Source of the DNA: Camelus dromedarius
Taxonomy: Eukaryota
DNA: 64,000 bases
Reading direction: 5' to 3'
NCBI RefSeq assembly: GCF_036321535.1
Contig: NC_087437.1
Coordinates: forward strand, 5,828,001 to 5,892,000
Both the position numbers and the translations under genes were made by a program. The notes under the pieces are model-generated. The model saw nothing but the letters and a program-made list of their open reading frames with translations. It was not told the DNA's origin and did not search any database. Of this stretch, positions 39,576 through 53,559 are shown piece after piece (position 1 is the stretch's first letter; each line of letters begins with the position of its first letter).

Positions 39576-41191
39576 TTTGGAGGGCGGAGCAGAGCAGGCC
39601 CCCTCCTGGGTTCATGCTCACCTCTGAGCCCTGTCCCCTGCCTCTCCAAGGACGGCTGCTCAGAGCAAATGTGCACTTGCCTGCACACTGACTGGCCGCC
39701 GCGCCGTCTTCCTTGGGGGCTGTTCCTTCCTCCCCGCATGGCTTTCACTGGGGAGGCTTCCCAGTGCCGGGTGTGGCGTGAAGGGTAGGTAGAGGGGATG
39801 TTTTACCTGTCCTGTGAGCAGGTCCCAAAGCTGTGCTTTCTTGTGCCTTGTCTCTTCCTCCCCCTTCCTCTGTAAACCCACAGGGTCTGAAAGCATCACA
39901 TTTCACTTAAATAGCAACCCTCAGCCTCTCCACAGACTTTCTGCATGGGGAAGGGTCAGGCGTCCTTCAGCGCTGGCATTCCCATAGAAATATTTTTTGT
40001 TATTAATCTGTTATACTTGTTTATTACAGCCCAGGAGAACCACAGTTCAAGTAAAGTTGACATTAAAGTAAATCATCTTCCTCAGGCAAATCTGTATATA
40101 AAACCTGAGAGATATCCTTGGATCTAAAGTTAAGTAAACAGCCTGGATGATCTTAAGGCTTTTCCGCCTTTCAAATTCCATGGTCTACAAATCATAATAT
40201 GATATAAATAAGGAGCTGTAGTCGGGAAAGTGAACACACGCGTTCTCAGAGTGTGTTAACAATATTTAGAGGTGAGCCTGTTTCTAAGAATAAGGAATGG
40301 AAAGCAACTTTCCTGGACCTGTTATTCTTTCCTGAGAGGCCAGTCAGTGCCAAGTCATAAACACATCATTACACGTGTTAACGCAGTCGTGCTCGGTGAC
40401 CGGTCGGTGCACTGAGTACTTATTAGAAATGCACAAAACGATGGACGGTCTCTAAATCATTGAAAGTCATAAAACGCAGCCAAGCCAGGGGTGCAGATAA
40501 CAGGTGTAAGTGGAGTTTGAGGGACGGAGCAACCAGAGGGTTTCGTTGGCAGGGAAGGGGGTGGGGCTGGAACCGGGGGCTTGAGGGCTGGAACCTGGTG
40601 AGCAGGTGCAGGGACGGGCTTCTCCGGTGGCCGCAGGGTCGGAGGCTGCGTCATCAAGTGCACATGAAGTGTCCGCTTCAGGAAGCGGCAGAAATTAGGG
40701 TTGGACGTGTAGATTGGATTAAGTGATGGGAGCCTTTTCGTTCAAGGGTAAAGTGTTGGGGGTTGATTTCTTAGACCAGCATTGCCCAAAGCCTGGTCTG
40801 AGGAGCACTGGTCATGCCCCTTGAGCAAAGGGTTTCCTCACCACATCTTTGCAACACAACCTGGTCCCGTCTGGAGAGGCTCATACATCACGTGCTAAAC
40901 GTCCCCCCGCTTAACTCAGCAATTCCCAAACCCAACATATTTGGTTATAGAGCCCTTGTTCCAAGTTCTGTCAGTGTCTTGAACACTTTTTGGAAACTGC
41001 TGTGGGCGGTGGGGTCACGAAATAGTTTGGGACAGGCTCGGGGACTCCCTGACTGCCCACCCCTCCCCGCTGCCCTCCGTGCTCCAGGACTACTTGCCAG
41101 GCCCTGGAGTATGGGTGCCTGAGCTGTTGGGATAGAGGTGACGGTGAAGGTCTGGCTCAGGTCTGGTGGGCACGAGATCACAGTTGGTGGT

Positions 41192-41515
41192 GGTCTTGGT
41201 CCAGTCGGGCTCCTGGGACAACGTATCACAGACCGGGTGGCTTACAAACAACAGAGACTTACCCCTCACCGCTCTAGAGGCCGAGAAGTCCAAGGGCAGG
41301 TGCAGATTTGATGTGGCTGTGAGGTCGTAGCTGCCATCTCCTCGCTGTGTCCTCACATGGCGGGGTGGGGGGCAGGGGGCTCTCTGGGGTCTCTTCTGTG
41401 AGAGCACTAACCCCATTCATATGGGCCCTATACTCAGAATCTCAGCCCCCACCAGAGGCCCCACCCCAGCACCGTCACCTCAGGCAGCAGGACTGCAGCG
41501 TGTGAACTGTCGTTA
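41192..41515 (-). mobile_element. MLT1 (MaLR) solo LTR
   Basis: gaccgggtggcttacaaacaacagagactta...ctagaggccgagaagtccaag...tgtgtcctcacatggcgg...gcactaaccccattcat, the reverse complement of the recalled MLT1A/B consensus. Confidence 0.8.
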
Positions 41516-41819
41516 GGATTACAACGTGTGACCCAGCAGGTGGCCAAGTGGAAGGAAGTGAAGCTTGGGATGGAGTCGGGTCTACAGATAGAATTGGTGT
41601 CGTCCAGATGGATGTGTTGAATGGCTGTGATCTTTAATGAAGAAACGTTTGGGAGGAAATACAGAAAATCCTGTGATGTGAGTATAAGTCTGTAATTCAG
41701 AACCCGGTGTTTGACTCAACCTTAAAGCTTCAAATCTTCCCGGCACATCTGAGCCCTGCCCTGCTCTATGTTGTCTTTTTTCTATAGCAACCCTTCCCTT
41801 CTAGGCTACCAGGTAATTT

Positions 41820-41972
41820 GCTTATGTTCATTGCTTATTGTGTGTCTTCTTCCAACTGGAATGTAAACTCTCGAGGACCAGGAGCTTTGTTCATCCAAAA
41901 TGTGTCCCAGCGCCAGGAACAGTGCCTGGCACAGAGCTGGCGCTCCGGAAACAGTTGTTGAATTGAATTGAG
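41820..41972 (+). mobile_element. L2 LINE 3' end
   Basis: gaatgtaaactctcgaggaccagg...cccagcgccaggaacagtgcctggcacagag...tgttgaattgaattg. Confidence 0.75.
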
Positions 41973-42989
41973 TGTAGAGGCGCTTATCAGTCTGACAGAG
42001 GCTGGGGGCTTCTCTTCCCTGCTGTGGGGGCTCCAGGGTGAGAGAGAGCAGGAGAAGCACAGGAGGAAATCCTCCCCCACAGGGTCCTTGGTCCCCCGGA
42101 TAGAGGGCGTGGCTGTGCAGCCCTGACAGCACATCCCAGGACTGACTCATCGCAGGTCCGCATGGAACCAGGGTTCAGAAGTGCAGCGGAGTCAGGGAGG
42201 TGGTTGGTCTGGAGCCGGGCAGGTGGGGATGGGAATCCCAGGCCGGGGGAGGAGTGCACGCAGAGCAGCCGGGCCCAGGCCAGCAGCCGCCGTGACACCG
42301 GCTGGAACCACAGAGGAGGCTGGGGAGACAGGAGGGAAAACAACACAAACCCAGAGCTTGAACAGAACGTTCAAACAGACAGACAAAACACCCCGACATG
42401 CTGGACTGCGGGAACAGAATTCTGTGTGGTAAAGGGGATCAGAAGCCAAGTTGCAGCAAAAACCAGCAACCGAGAAAAAATGTTAGCAAGTATGTATCAG
42501 AAAGGGCTCACATCCCTCCTGCAGGAGGAGCTCCGAACATCATTCAGGACGAGGCCAGCCACCCCCGGTGTTTGTGTGTTTTGCAAAGAATAGGAGCCCA
42601 TCCACAGTAAGGGGGATTCAGGAGACTCTCAGATAAAAGGAAGAGACGTTCGGCCTCATCCATGAACCATGCAGACCTGCTCCAGGCGAAGGGGCAGTTC
42701 TGAGCACGGAGTCTAATCCCTGGCATCTCAAAGCTGACGTCGAGTGGTGGGAGCCAGAAAGTAAGCGAAAAAGCAAGTACATACAACACTAATGGTGTCT
42801 GACAGTGCTGAGTGTTCTGGAGACTGTGGGGCAGAGAGTGGGGGACAGGGAGTGCGCGGGGGGGCTGTCCAGCGTGGCCGCGGTGCCAGGGCGGGGGGCG
42901 GCGAGGGGGGCTTGCTGGGGGGGGCGGGGGGGGCAGGCAGTTCGCGTGGCGCGGGCTGCTGTGTGCTGTGAGGATGCTACCTCTGTCCT

Positions 42990-43500
42990 GAGAGACGGGA
43001 GCACTACTGAGGGTCTGAGCGGAGGAGGCTGTGTCACCCAGCCAGGGACGGGGGTGGTGGCAAAAGCCGATGCCGGGAGACCTTCAGTAGGCTTTTGCAA
43101 TAATCCAGCCCAGTCGGAGACGGTGGCTTCATCCCCGGCGGATGGCGTGTGGCAAGGCGGAAGGTCAGGCTAACAGGATTTATTCATGGATTGGACTTGG
43201 GGTGGGAGGAAAGAAAGAGGGCAGGACGGTAAGATTCTGTATACTGAGAGGAGGAGGACTGCTGGGGAGAGGGCTCAAGAGGGCAGAGCCGAGGTTTGGA
43301 TTCGGATGTGTTAAGGTTGATGTGCCTAGTTGACTTCCCAGTCAGAAGTTCGAGGAGAGATCTGGGCTGGAGGAATTTGGAAGCCGTGAGCACCAAGCTG
43401 GTCTCTCAAGCTGGGAGACCGAGACCATCTGGGAAGTGACTTTGGACAGAGAAGATGGAGCCCTGGTTCCCCCAACGTTTAGATGTTGGGGAGATGGAGG
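42990..43500 (-). mobile_element. L2 LINE relic
   Basis: gtttggattcggatgtgttaaggttgatgtgcct...gagatctgggctggaggaatttggaag is typical of antisense L2; boundaries approximate. Confidence 0.5.
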
Positions 43501-46500
43501 CACAGGAGGTTCAGGGGCAGCCAGCAGGTCGGAGAACACGGGGACCTTCCGGAGGTCCCCTGAATGAGGTGTTTCCAGGAGATGCCTTCTTCATGCATCA
43601 GATCCAGATGTTTGTATCGAGGACCCCAAAGTTCTATCCCACACAGGTCGTGACAGGTTGGTGAGAGTACAGGGGAAACTGGTAACTGTCCCATTGTTAG
43701 GCCCACACCCAGGGCAGGTCACATGGCAGCAAATTTCAGAACTGCAAGTTATATACTTTGAACCAACACTTCCATTTTTTTTTCAGTTTATTCTACACAT
43801 ACGAACACATATTTGGGGAAGTACATATGTGCAGAGTTTTCTTTTTAACTCAAAGAACCACCTAAATGTTCAGTAGGAGGGTCCTTGTTAAATACTTTAT
43901 GATTGATGCATATGATGGAATATTATGTTGCCACTTAAAAAATAAAGAAATATATATATATATGTATATATTCACCTGCGCACACACACACACACAGCCT
44001 ACATAAGGTAAATAAGCATGTATATACACACACACATAGTTTTAAAAGGCAAGGCAAACAGCGTGTGCTGTTTGCTAATATTTGTTTTAAAAGGCGAGGT
44101 GGGAGAATAGAGCCCTGTGTGCAGGAAGGGTACCCAACAGGGAAGAGCGGCTCTGGTCCGCAGGGAGGGAGGCGAGGAGGCTGGGAGACGGGGAGGCGAA
44201 GGTCGTTCTCCGTACACCAGTGTGCACTTTCTAAGTCACTGAGCCGTGTTGCTATGTTATATGTTCAAAATTTAAAATAAGCAGAGGTGTAAGTATAAAG
44301 GGAGAGGTGCACAGGGTGAGGTCACCAGGGCCGCGTGTGTCCGGCGATCCAGACAGTCTGGCAGAGGGGACAGAACTGACTTAGGGGTGGCCGTCCAGAC
44401 ACAAGTGTCCTTGGCGTGAGAGGCTGATCTTGGAGGGTCCTTGGGGTGAAGATGGCCCTTTGATTTCTCAGCGAGATGAAATGCGGAGGGTCTGCTGTTC
44501 ATTCCTTGTGTGACCCCGCCCCAAGCGAGTCACGTGGCCCTGTGTTTCGAATGGTGGCCTGGTAACTAGATCCCACAAAAGGACTCGGAATGATGCAACC
44601 ACCTCACCTACATTTCCTCAGGGGGAGGTGCTGGTGGGGAGGGACATCGCCTTCACGTAGTCCCTTGACGGTGCGTACCGCTGGGGACCAGCCTCTCTGG
44701 GACCCTGTCATCCATCTGGGTTTCATGGATATATTTAAGGGACCTGGTTTATCGATTCCATCTCATGGGAAATAGGACTTAACAGTTAAAAATCCATCTT
44801 AAAATAATTCAGCTCTGTTAATGCCAAGATTATTTGGGAAGAAGGCCAAAAAAAAAAAAAAAAAAAAACCCCACAGAAACAAAGGAGACCACCCACTGGA
44901 GCTGTGTGAAAAGTAACGGGGCATTTCTGTGTCTCCATGGAGACGAGGGTGCCCACGCCCACATGTGGGAGGCCCACCCAAACCTCAGACCCCTGGGGTT
45001 CTGGGGGACAGAGCATTATCGCTTACAAAGCCTTACATTTAAACAAGTACTGTATGTAGTTATTTGGAAAAAAAGATCAGATTCCCATATTTTGTTCTCA
45101 GCATACTTGGTGGTTGAGCTGTGAGGGATTTTAATAGTTGATAAGTTGGCCTCTTGAACGAGGTCCCAGATAGACTTGTCTATATATATGTACACGGAAT
45201 TCCATCTTCCAGGAAGTATCTCACAGTCCCTAATTTGGGAAATTTGAAATAAATTAAAATTATAAATATATCTTCCTTTGGACACCCTTTGAAATATTTG
45301 CCCCTTTGATTTGGGGTTTTTATCTGCAGCACACACGCAAATATTTCTGCCCTCGATACGTTTGTGACGCAGGAGCTTTATAGGAGAGCACAGCGAGTTC
45401 TCAGTTGAAAAACTAGTCTTTACGTTTGTAAGTTGAAGATCAGTGTGTATCTCTGATGAGTATTTTTTAAAATTATATTTGCTTCTAAAAATGGTTAGCC
45501 ACGTGCTGCGTGGTGTATTTTAGATTCAGATCATTGAGACTGGTGTAGAAAACCCCATCCAGAATGTTGGAAAGGGCACCTGGTTTCTGGTTAGCATGAA
45601 TTAGTGGCATTTGTTTCAACGAGAGAGGAAAGGCTCCCGTGAACCACCCTCCCCTTCAGAGCGAAGCCTCTTTTCGTATCTTAGTAGTGTATGTATCATA
45701 AAGTTTAAAATTTTTGTTTTATTTTTACGGCTCTTCGGTTTGCGTCTAAGTTTATCTGTGACGAGCGGCAGCAAGCTTGATGAGAGTGGAGATTTCACTG
45801 CCTTCCACTCTGTGCAGCTGTAATCACGTTCTCAGCTAGCGCAATTACATACCAGCTTGGAAAATTTACACTTCTTTATTAAGGTTTCAAAAACATAATC
45901 ATCTATCAGCATTACCTTTCTTTTTTTTTTTTTGTCCTGAAGCTTTAAGCCCTTCAATTTTTAAAATATTAAGTTGTACACTGTAAAATGATTATAAGCC
46001 AATAAAAAGTGTTATATTGTTAAAAAATGATGCTGAAAATAAAATCCGCTTCGTACATAAAAAAATATATGTATTTAAGTTGTAAACTGTTCGGAAACAA
46101 TAATTGGGAAATTATGTGAAACCACCTCCCTTTATAAAAAAAAAACCCTGAGCTGTTTGAATTTTTGAGAGATGACATGGAAAGAAGCAGTACATTTCCA
46201 AAATATAGTTCTTTACATAAAAATCAAATAATATACTTTTGCTGGGTTATACCGATTTTTACAATTTAACATTATGGCTGTAAGGGTCCACCGTGGACCC
46301 CTGGCTGGGCCTTGTTTTTTGTTCTCGTGGCCTATGTCTTCCATTCTCCTTGGAGCAGAACTGAACTAGACCCTCGTGGAAATCAAGTCTGGACAGCATT
46401 TGTCCTTTCTCCGCTGTTTGATTACCTGCTGTTTATTTCCTCGGTTCTCAAGTTCATGACCACAAAGGGATTTGAGCAGCTCTCCTTCTCGGATCACATT

Positions 46501-49258
46501 CCAGAAGAAAAAGAACCCAGAGCTTTCTTCTAGGAACACACACTTGGGGTCACGGAGTCGGACAGCCTAACCATAGGGTGTTTGGCACAGAGCAGCCAAG
46601 ACTCAAAAGACAGTACTTTTGGCAAAAAGGCAGTCACAGCGGGCCCCGCCAGGACTGGGCGTGAGCCGTGGTCATTCTCGGCTCTCTGGATGTTTCCTCC
46701 AAGTTTTAGTCCACGTTCAAGCTCTTCATTGGATTTGTGTAATATGCTCATGCCTGCAGACTTCAATGCTTTTGCCCGCAGTGTATATTTTGGCTGTTAA
46801 ATGATGTAGCAGATTGAAATCGTGTAACATGTCATGCTTTCCGAAAGCCTACTTAACCCAGTTGGAATTGGCTTTCAAATGAAGTTTACTAAAACTTAAC
46901 AAAGCTTTCCATTTCTTTGGCCAGGATGAACTGTTACCTCTTATCTCACTTGGGTGGCAGCATCCGTGTAGAATCAAGGAATCCTGCTTGCTTTCCCTGC
47001 CTCATTAAGAGTTGCCTCCAAATGTGACATTTTGCCTTTAAAGAAAACAGGGCGAGGCCGCACTTCACCTGAGGCTCTCCTGATGCCCTTTAGCTGCAGT
47101 CAGACTGGTAGGTGGGACGCTGACTAATAGCAAAGTACAGCTCTTTCTTAAACAGCTAACTTCAAGCCAGTGTGAACTACTGCCCGGGTCTAAAATACAC
47201 ACGTTTATGATGAAACTGGGTTGGAGTAGTCTTGGGAAGTTACTGGAAACATACAGGAAATAGAACTTGTTCCTAAAAGAACAAACAGCCCCATTTCTAA
47301 TTCCCTCATCCTCACTGGGCTGGTTTCTGTTTGGGAACCTGAAAGCTGTGTTTCCAGTGGGAATTGCTGTTCCTGAGTCCAGAGCCCGCCTCGCTCTGCT
47401 CTCCTGCCCCGGGGGTCTCCCCGGGGGCCCACCAGGCCATGCTCCTTAAGAATAGATGTCTTTCAGCTCAGATCTGTAATTTAGAAACTTCTAAACATTG
47501 ATTTTTGCAGATAGTCATCACAAGAGACATTTTTAATAAAATACTAAATATTTGCAGAAGGATGGAGGCTTTTCTTACGTATAGGGCATCAGTGAGACGT
47601 GCTTGATGGGAAGCCCCCGTTCCAGCCCCTGACACCCCAGAGGAAGGAGCAGGGGCTGCACAGAAAGCTGGCGCGGTCTGTGTGTCCCCCGTGCCGACAG
47701 GCCCTGCGTGGAGCAGCCCTCAGTGCTGGCCCCTGACGGACGGGGGCACAGCGGCTGGTCTTTTCCAGCACAGGAGAAGCTGGTTCAGGGTGTCTTCCCG
47801 CACCTTCTTATCCTTTTAAGACCGTAAAGGCCCCACTTAACAGCCTTCTTAAAAGCCTGCCTGCAAGGGCTGCTGTACCTGTGTCAACGGACAGTCCCCT
47901 TCCCAGAGGGCAGGGACTGTCACCCTAAACTATCAGCAGTTGAGGCAGGGGATAAAGGACACAGTGATGACTGGTCAACGAGGGACCTGCACAAACGTCA
48001 GATGTTTGCTTTGTGTAAACACAGGGTGGGGACTGCAAGTCAGTGGAGTTCACAGTAGTTGGGAGGAAGGCAGGGGTGGCACTAACCCCGCAAGCTGACC
48101 CGAGGGGCCCGTCTTGTCTCTGATGGAGAGGCCGCGGAGCCCTGTCGGCAAGGACAGGCGCTGACTCAGCTCCTTTCTTTAGTCAGGGTTCAGTACTCTT
48201 GCGACTCCACTGAGGACCTCAGGCAGGAAATGCTAACTAAGAACGCCCTTTCTTCCCTGTTACGTAACCTTGCAACATAATTGCTTCCAGCTTTGTAACA
48301 GGTACAGGGGCTTCAGCCCTGCCAGGGCATTTCTTCTCGTTTCCTATCCAGGCACGAAGGTGGAAACAGAAGGGATGTCCTCAGAGTTTTCAGAAATTCA
48401 AACTTTTCTGATTGATCATTTTTTAGTTCATTTTTAAATAATTAAAAAATAATCATTAAATTTAATTTAGATAATAATTTAATAATTTAAATTTTAAAAT
48501 ACTTTAAGAAATACTTTGTAAATTACCTGTTTGGGGTAATTTATTCTGTAAAATTTTACATTATTATATATAGTCCTTACATGCCTACTAAATCTCCCTT
48601 ACACAGTGTGTTTCCTTGTACCAAAGTCCTGATTCGATACTGCACCCACAGTATTTCCTCACTGATTTAAAAGAGCAGGAATTGCACATCCTCATATCAT
48701 CATTTTAAGCTGCTGATCTGTGTGCTCTCCTAATGCGTCTGAACTCAGCCGCTGTGTTCCAGAGCAAAGTTATAAAGACTTCTTCGTGAACGGGCTGTCC
48801 GTGAGCTGCTGATACAAACCCTAGTTCCCTAGCTCACTCCCATCCTTCTAGACGGCTGTAGCTCTTAACAGTATCTAGCACGTTTCAGTAACACAGCAGA
48901 CAGTCAAATCACCTGTACGCGGGGTGTGAGCAATCAATGTTATTGGCTGACCAATTTGCCTGACTACTTCAAGCATCAAAAAATTACTTTCGTTATCCAA
49001 AACGATGAGACCTGTTTGTATCTCTGTATGATGAATATTGACTACTAACTGCAGAAATAGAGAACTATTGTGAGAAACCCACTTTTACCTCTTCATATGT
49101 TCCTGATTGTTTCGTGTTGGGAGTCCTTTTAAAAAAAAAAATGTGAAACTAGAAAACATTAGGAAAAGCCCTTGTTCAAGGTAAACTAACTTGGAAACAA
49201 GTATTTGTATGTGAGCTTCAGTCACTGAAAAAAAAGTGGGATCTTGACTGTCTTGCCC

Positions 49259-49283
49259 GTGTCTGTCTGTCTGTCTGTCTGTC
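49259..49283. repeat. (GTCT)n microsatellite, followed by a (CCTT)n tract
   Basis: About 6 GTCT units read directly. Confidence 0.85.
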
Positions 49284-49810
49284 TCCCCCCTCCTTCCCTC
49301 TTTCTCTTTTCCTTCCTTCCTTCCTTCGATTAGAATGGAGTTGACAGTGTCACAATTCTGAGACTTCGGGAGATGCCCCTGGACTCATGGCCCTCTGACA
49401 TCTGCTGGAGCCACTCCCGTCTTGAGCATGACTTTCCGTCCCTCAGTCCCATCTCCCTGTCTCCCTAGTCTGGTTTTCCTCGGAGTGATCCTAGCCCTCT
49501 TGCGTGGGAAGCTTCTGGGTGCTTGCTAGACCTTCTGACTCAGAGTCCCCTGTGTTGGGGGTGGTGGAGGGAAAGGCAGAAGACCTGCATTTTCAACCCG
49601 CACCTCCACTATTCTGTTGTCCACTCCGCTTTGAGATCCACGCTCCAGGCTCCATGTGACTTTTCTGCGAAGCCTGTTCCCGGTCCTCTAAAACTCCCCC
49701 GAAGCCACATTACCCATTCCCCAACATCACTCTTACGGTTGAGGCCCTGTGCTTTTAAAATTCGCAGATTGCCGTGACAGCCTCCTAACTGACCTCCCTG
49801 CCTCCGTTAC

Positions 49811-49875
49811 TTTTTTTAAAATTTATTTTTATTGAAATATAGTTGATGTACAGTGTCGTGTTAGTTTCAGATGTT
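49811..49875 (-). mobile_element. very short LINE-1 3' terminus
   Basis: tttttattgaaatatagttgatgtacagtgtcgtgttagtttcagatgt, homologous to the ends of the other antisense L1 copies. Confidence 0.6.
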
Positions 49876-50616
49876 TTGACTGATTGCAGCCAGGGATTCA
49901 CCCCAGCTCCTGGTCCACCCCAAGCTCATCCTCCCACGGGTCAACGCCCCTCCTCACCCCCACCATGGGGACTCCAAACCTCTTCACTGTCCTCTGGCTC
50001 CGAACCCCACCACCTCACACTAATGAAAGAGCGAGGAATTTAAAGACAAAAGCAACTTAGCTTCTTTGTCGGGGGCAGGGGAAGGTGGCAGCTTAGTCTG
50101 AAAGTTTCTCCTCACCTGATTTTCACCAGTGACTTTAAAATTTCTCTGCTCTTTGGGCAGAATGGTTTGACCTACAGGAGGAAAAGAGATGCTGCTTTTA
50201 CATTTCTTAGTAAGATAAGGACTTTTTCCCTGGGCTCATGTGTCTTTGCTGAAAGGCGTTTGGGAACTAGAGAGAAAGTTAGCTAGCCTGTAGCCCAGAC
50301 AGGTTCTCTGTAGTCACTGCAGATGCGAAGCCTCTCTGTGACACGTTAGAGCAGATTTCCTGGTAGTTAGTTCAGTACCAAGGGAACAGTGCCATTCGCA
50401 TCTTAGATATATCATCACACTTGCTCATTACACGTGGACTGAGCCAGGGCCGTGGCACAACCTCGTTCTCCCCCCGCTGCGCTCCCTTAGGACTGGGTCA
50501 GTGCCCATCCGACAGCTCCTGCAACGGGTACCTCACAGCGTGACTGCTGGATCCACACAACCATCTCAAGAGCTCGTGTTAGGGGCCGAGACTCTTATAT
50601 AGAAAAGATGCATGAA

Positions 50617-50802
50617 GGGGAGGGTGTAGCTCAGTGGTTAAGAGCACATGCTTAGCATGCCCGAGGTCCTGGGTTCCATCCCCAGCGCCTCCATAAAATT
50701 AACTAAATAAATAAACCCAATTACCCACCCCTGCAAAAAAACAAAAAAACAAACAAAAAAAAACCTCTACAAACAAAATAAATAAACTATTAAAAAAAAA
50801 TA
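50617..50802 (+). mobile_element. Vic-1-type SINE with long A-rich tail
   Basis: ggggagggtgtagctcagtggttaagagcacatgcttagcatgcccgaggtcctgggttccatccccagc; TSD core atgcatga at 50608-50615 and 50803-50810. Confidence 0.88.
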
Positions 50803-51272
50803 ATGCATGATAGTTGGAAAACCCTGGGCCATTGAGCTCAGACAAACCGATAGTCCAACCCTTTTCCTTCTCATTTCCCTGGGAAATCCTCTAGCCTCTC
50901 CCCAGGTTGTCAAGTCCCTGGCGAGTTCCCGTTTGTCTCCCCTGAATGTGTTCCCCAAAGTGTTTGGCCTGGGCTTTGTGCTCATGGGGGAGCAGTGAGA
51001 GGTACAAGCTTGACAACAGGTCAAGGTGAGAATCCTTTTATTTGCTGAAAAAATAAAATCAACAAACTGCATATCAGTGGGTTGGCAGAACATTTGCAAA
51101 GATGAGTCTAGAAGTTAATAATATAAAAATCTTTGTAAAGAAACAGATGTGTTACGTAGCAAACCAAGCAATGATGTAACGAGGGGTCTAACAGTCTTGT
51201 TCACTTTTTAAAATCTGGGGTTTTATGTTTTTAATGTAACTTTCATTTTCAACTTATCACCTTTTTGTGCCC

Positions 51273-52020
51273 TTTTTTTTTTTTAAGGTAGTCAGTTTAC
51301 AATGTGTCAATTTCTGGTGCACAGCATAATGTTTCAGTAATACATATCTATACATATGTTCCTTTTTATATTCTTTTTCATTATAGGTTACTACAAGATA
51401 ATGAATATAGCTCCCTGTGCTGTACACATTATAAAAAAAAGTAGGACCTTTTTTTTAAAATCTATTTTATATACAGTAGTTAGTATCTACAACTCTCAAA
51501 TTCCCAATTTATCCCTTCCCACCCCATTTCCCCTGTGGTAACCGTAAGTTTGTTTTCTATGTCTGTGAGTATGTTTCTGTTTTGTAAGTAAGTTCATTTG
51601 TGTCTTTTTTTTTTTAGATTCCACATATAAGTGATATTATGTTATTTTTCTTTCTCTTTCGGGCTTACTTCACTTAATATAACATTCTCCAGGTCCATCC
51701 CTATTGCTGCAAATGGCATTATTTCATTCATTTTTTGTGGCTGAGTAGTATTCTATTGTATAAATACACCACATCTTCTTTATCCAGCCATCTGTCAATG
51801 GACATTTAGGCTGTTTCCATGTCTCAGCTACTGTAAATAGTGCTGCTGTGAACATTGGGGTGCATGTGTCTTTTCAAATTAGAGTTTTCTCCAGGATATA
51901 TGCCCAGGAGTGGGATTGCTGGATCATAGGGTAAGTCTATTTTTAGTTTTTTAAGGAATCTCTATACTGTTTTCCATAGTGGCTGCACCAAACTACATTC
52001 CCACCAACAGTGCAGGAGAG
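51273..52020 (-). mobile_element. 5'-truncated LINE-1 with TSD
   Basis: Poly-T, 3' UTR and ORF2 end (...ggctgcaccaaactacattcccaccaacagtg). TSD tttgtgccc at 51264-51272 and 52021-52029. Confidence 0.9.
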
Positions 52021-53559
52021 TTTGTGCCCATTTTTAAAGAACTTCATTAATAACACATTTTTCACTTCCCTGTGGACTTTTATTGAATTACAGATACTTT
52101 AAGAGGGGGAAGAGAAGGGGGTTTGCCCCTTTTTAGCAGACATGTAAAACATGAGCTCTTTAGACAGCCATACCTGTTTCTTTCAATGTTTCCTCGTTTC
52201 ATCCTCATCAATAGCATTTTTTATTATCTTGACTGTGTTTCGTCCTTGGGTTCTCAGTCCTTTTCGGGGCAGCTTATTTTGTTGCTGCCTCTGGCCCCGT
52301 GTCCTTCTGAACTTTCTAAAAGCTGCTTTCTTAAAATCTGGGGTTGCTGCTTCTCCAAGCTCAGCATCTCCGCCCTCCTTCCGCAGTCCCATGCTTTGTT
52401 ACCTGAAATTCTTTCTTGTCGGCTGGAGTGAAGCACGACGTGGCGGGCCTGGTCCTTGCCTCGCTGCCTTTGTGGTGATCGGATGCTCAGCAGGGCAGGA
52501 CGAACCATCTGCCTCCAGAGCAGCAGGGCTTCCACGCAGACATTTGGGCAGTTGAAAAATCCCCCAGTTTTGTGATATTCCACCTCCGTGCCAGTTTTGA
52601 AATCTGCAACAAGAAAGCATCTTAAATAGCCCGCCTCTGGTCAGGCAGTTGTCCTGTGTAGTCCCGTGTGAGTGTCGCTTCTGTTTCCCTTCCCAGATGC
52701 TTTTCCTGTGCACCTTGGTCACCATACAGGTGTGGACCTCGTTACAGAGAGTCACCCCTCCTCCGCCTCTCCTGTGTCTCTCCTCTTTCCCCTGTTCCAG
52801 TCCTGAATTCCATCTGCCAAAACTCTTATAAGACTAGTGCTTCTTGACTATCAGAAATAGAAACGTTATGAATATTAATAACTCATGTCCTGAAATCCAG
52901 ATCATGCTGAAAAGCCAGCCCATCAGGCTTCACCTGGTCATGTTCTAGGAAGTGGGTCTGAATCAGCAAGGTACACGCCAGGGAGTCTCTCAGACCTGAC
53001 CAGGGGACAAAGTGTGTGTGTGTGTGTGTGTACTGTGTGTGTGTGCACACGTATGTGTGTCTGTGTGTTTTACTCTAACAGAAATCCTGGGTTTTAGAAC
53101 ATCATCACTACCAACTCATGGTTATTATTTTTCTTTTTTCTTTTTTTGGTGTATTAAGCCAAGCACATCTAGTAAAAATCTGAACTAGATGTGGGGGTGT
53201 GGCCCCCTGGGAGAGCCAGGTCACCAGCAGCGTCGGGGAGGGTGTTTAGTGAACCAAGCTGGGGTGTTGGCAAAAGAGAGCTTTTGGAAGAGGAGGGTGG
53301 TCAATGTGGTGGTTCCCTAGACAACATAATGAATTTTACTGGGTTGTTTTTTTTTTTTGAAACCAGTGAGGTTCTTAAGCCTTATTAGCATGACAGGAAT
53401 TAGGACCATAGTTTCTTTCAGGAGGGAAAAAAAATTGGAAGACACACTAAACCAGCAGGTTACTGTATTTATCGTGTGTGTGGCAGTCCCTGCTCTCTGT
53501 TGAAAGACACTCAGGAATAAAGATGCTGTCAGTCACTGTGTGAGGAGCTGCTTCGGAAA

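Noticed and set aside
39185..39748. 187-aa minus ORF and similar 100-180 aa intronic ORFs (e.g. 20375..20908, 57461..57976, 63299..63805)
   Set aside because: Pro/Gly/Arg/Ser-rich, typical of chance ORFs in GC-rich intron; some overlap repeat relics; no recognisable domain or splice support.
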